A DNA stretch of 63,977 nt, counting the filler, from Perkinsus olseni (lineage: Eukaryota): assembly GCA_013115125.1 (NCBI GenBank). It is 3 parts of 3 records of this genome, joined end to end, with 100 filler letters (N's around TTAATTAATTAA, not from the genome) between each part and the next. Parts side by side here need not be neighbours in the genome. Positions count along the whole stretch, not along the records: positions 47,618 to 63,977 come from JABANN010000679.1; 2 more parts are not named here. One strand, written 5' to 3'. A program made the translations under genes and the position numbers. The notes under the pieces are model-generated. The model did not search any database. It was not told the DNA's origin and was given only the letters and a program-made list of their open reading frames with translations. This document shows positions 62,601 through 63,977 of this stretch, piece after piece (position 1 is the first letter of the stretch; every line of letters starts with the position of its first letter).

Positions 62601-63977
62601 TCCGAGCCCGATCAGCTCGTCCTGTTTGCTTTGCAGGCGCGGAGTCGCGGATTGAAGTCGCTGTAGGGGACGAGACTTTCCCTGCTACCGGCCTCACCGT
62701 GGTGGAAGAAAACTGGCTGGAGGTGAGTTATTAGGATGACCCTAATAGGGTCGGTGACTGGCAGTTACTAACTGGCTTATTAGGAGAGTAACGATCGACT
62801 CAGCAGTCACGATGGCAACCATGCAGTGTACTTCACTATGCGTACAGTTTGCCTCAGGTCTATCCGTACGTAAAATGGAAAGGCTCGACCGAGCTTCCAC
62901 CAGTAGTCCTTCACCAGAGGGTCCGAGTAACTGAGTTGATGATGTCTAGCGGAATGACGGAGCCGCCGGAGCTCCTGTCCGAGGCTGAGCTGATCGATCT
63001 GATGGATAAGAATCATATCGGTGAGTGGGGTTCTTTTTGGGCACTGTTTAGGTGGTATTTGACCGTTCTTCTGCAGACGAGAGCATTCGTCGCGATTCGC
63101 TACTCGATGTTGCCACTTACGCTTGCATGCTGCAGCGGAAATACACAGATCGAAAATTCTAGGCTTTCGTAGCACTACTGGTTTGAGGAATTCTCTTTTC
63201 CACATGGACCCGTTTCCCTTTGGGAGCCGCAGTCTGAGTCGTCCGCATCAGTCCCGCGTTCCCGACTGCCGTGTGGAACCGTAGGACGAGGAGGCCGGTC
63301 TATTTCTGAAGAGACAAGCTTCACCTTATTCGACTTCACCTGCGCGGGTGCATTCGCGTCGTTTCTGGCCGAGGGCAGAGGATAACCCGGTCTTTCACGG
63401 CGGGTAACGGTAGACTCACAAAGCAGTTCTCCTCATTATCAGGCACAGACGCCACCATGCATGAGCACATTGCGACTATCGAGAACCGTGGTTACGCGAG
63501 TCGTACCCCTGGTGGGAGGTTCAGCCCCTCGGAACTTGGTGTGGCATTAGTCCAGGGATTCGGCGCTTTCCAAAACCTACACGGACGAGGTGATCCATGG
63601 GTGCGAGTCACGATTAGCTCCGGCCGAATCCAAATGTTCTCGAGCATGGCTACCTCATATCAAGGCGGGTCATCTCAAATCGTTTGGGTGGAAACCTCCA
63701 GTTTTGAGCTGGCAGATCTGTCCTGTCTCGGGCGCTTACTGGCTCGTAATGATAGAGTTGGACGAAAGCTGTCATCTATCTCGCTCGCCATGGCGGGATG
63801 ATCCCGCCGGGATCCGCTTGTTATGCTCTTCCTATCCGTCGACGCAGCGTTCGCACTCTTCAGATGGTGACTTCAGACTGCACCTGGCGGCCCCGAGACT
63901 GCGCGCTCAGATGGAGGCCGATATGGACCTGGTAGCGAGGGGAGCGAAAACCAAAGATACGATGGTGGCGGCTTGCC
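56700..63977 (+). CDS. TOP3A: DNA topoisomerase III (type IA, probably alpha), multi-exon, truncated at the window end
   Basis: [73 protein letters not shown] (catalytic Tyr), [32 protein letters not shown] favours alpha over beta. Confidence 0.93.
61480..62490 (+). mobile_element. Probable decayed hAT-superfamily transposase inside the 1.5-kb TOP3 intron (61130-62636)
   Basis: Broken frames give [10 protein letters not shown] (cf. TRWxSR..L), [10 protein letters not shown]...F, and at the end VLKIAWIGL...LPVN and [20 protein letters not shown] (cf. hAT dimerisation domain). Confidence 0.35.

Overview
Eukaryotic, intron-rich genomic DNA (short GT-AG introns, roughly 50% GC by eye). I infer it is from a Perkinsus-like alveolate, based on gene structure and an apicomplexan-style NEDD8. 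The window is three segments joined by two artificial 100-nt linkers (44 N + TTAATTAATTAA + 44 N, at 23725-23824 and 47518-47617), so adjacency across them is unproven. Segment 1 holds the 5' part of NAT10/Kre33, about 6.5 kb of decayed Ty3/gypsy-like retroelement debris with one candidate LTR, an intronless UNC-93-type MFS transporter, a derlin, an intron-containing amidinotransferase that closely resembles cyanobacterial CyrA, cysteinyl-tRNA synthetase and an intronless orphan. Segment 2 holds tRNA-Arg(CCG), a hypothetical gene, RPB4, two tRNA-Thr(CGT) copies (one antisense inside an intron of a NEK kinase gene, one degenerate), a probably non-catalytic secreted GH18-like protein, a secreted Thr/Pro-stalk protein and a Vid27 homolog. 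Segment 3 holds a class I/II PLP aminotransferase (truncated at the linker), NEDD8 head-to-head with a type 1 IPP isomerase carrying a targeting-like leader, a 5'(3')-deoxyribonucleotidase, and topoisomerase III (truncated, long introns, one with a probable hAT relic). The best leads are the CyrA-like amidinotransferase and the leader-bearing IDI1. Exon boundaries were assembled by eye and family calls come from remembered motifs; no searches were run.
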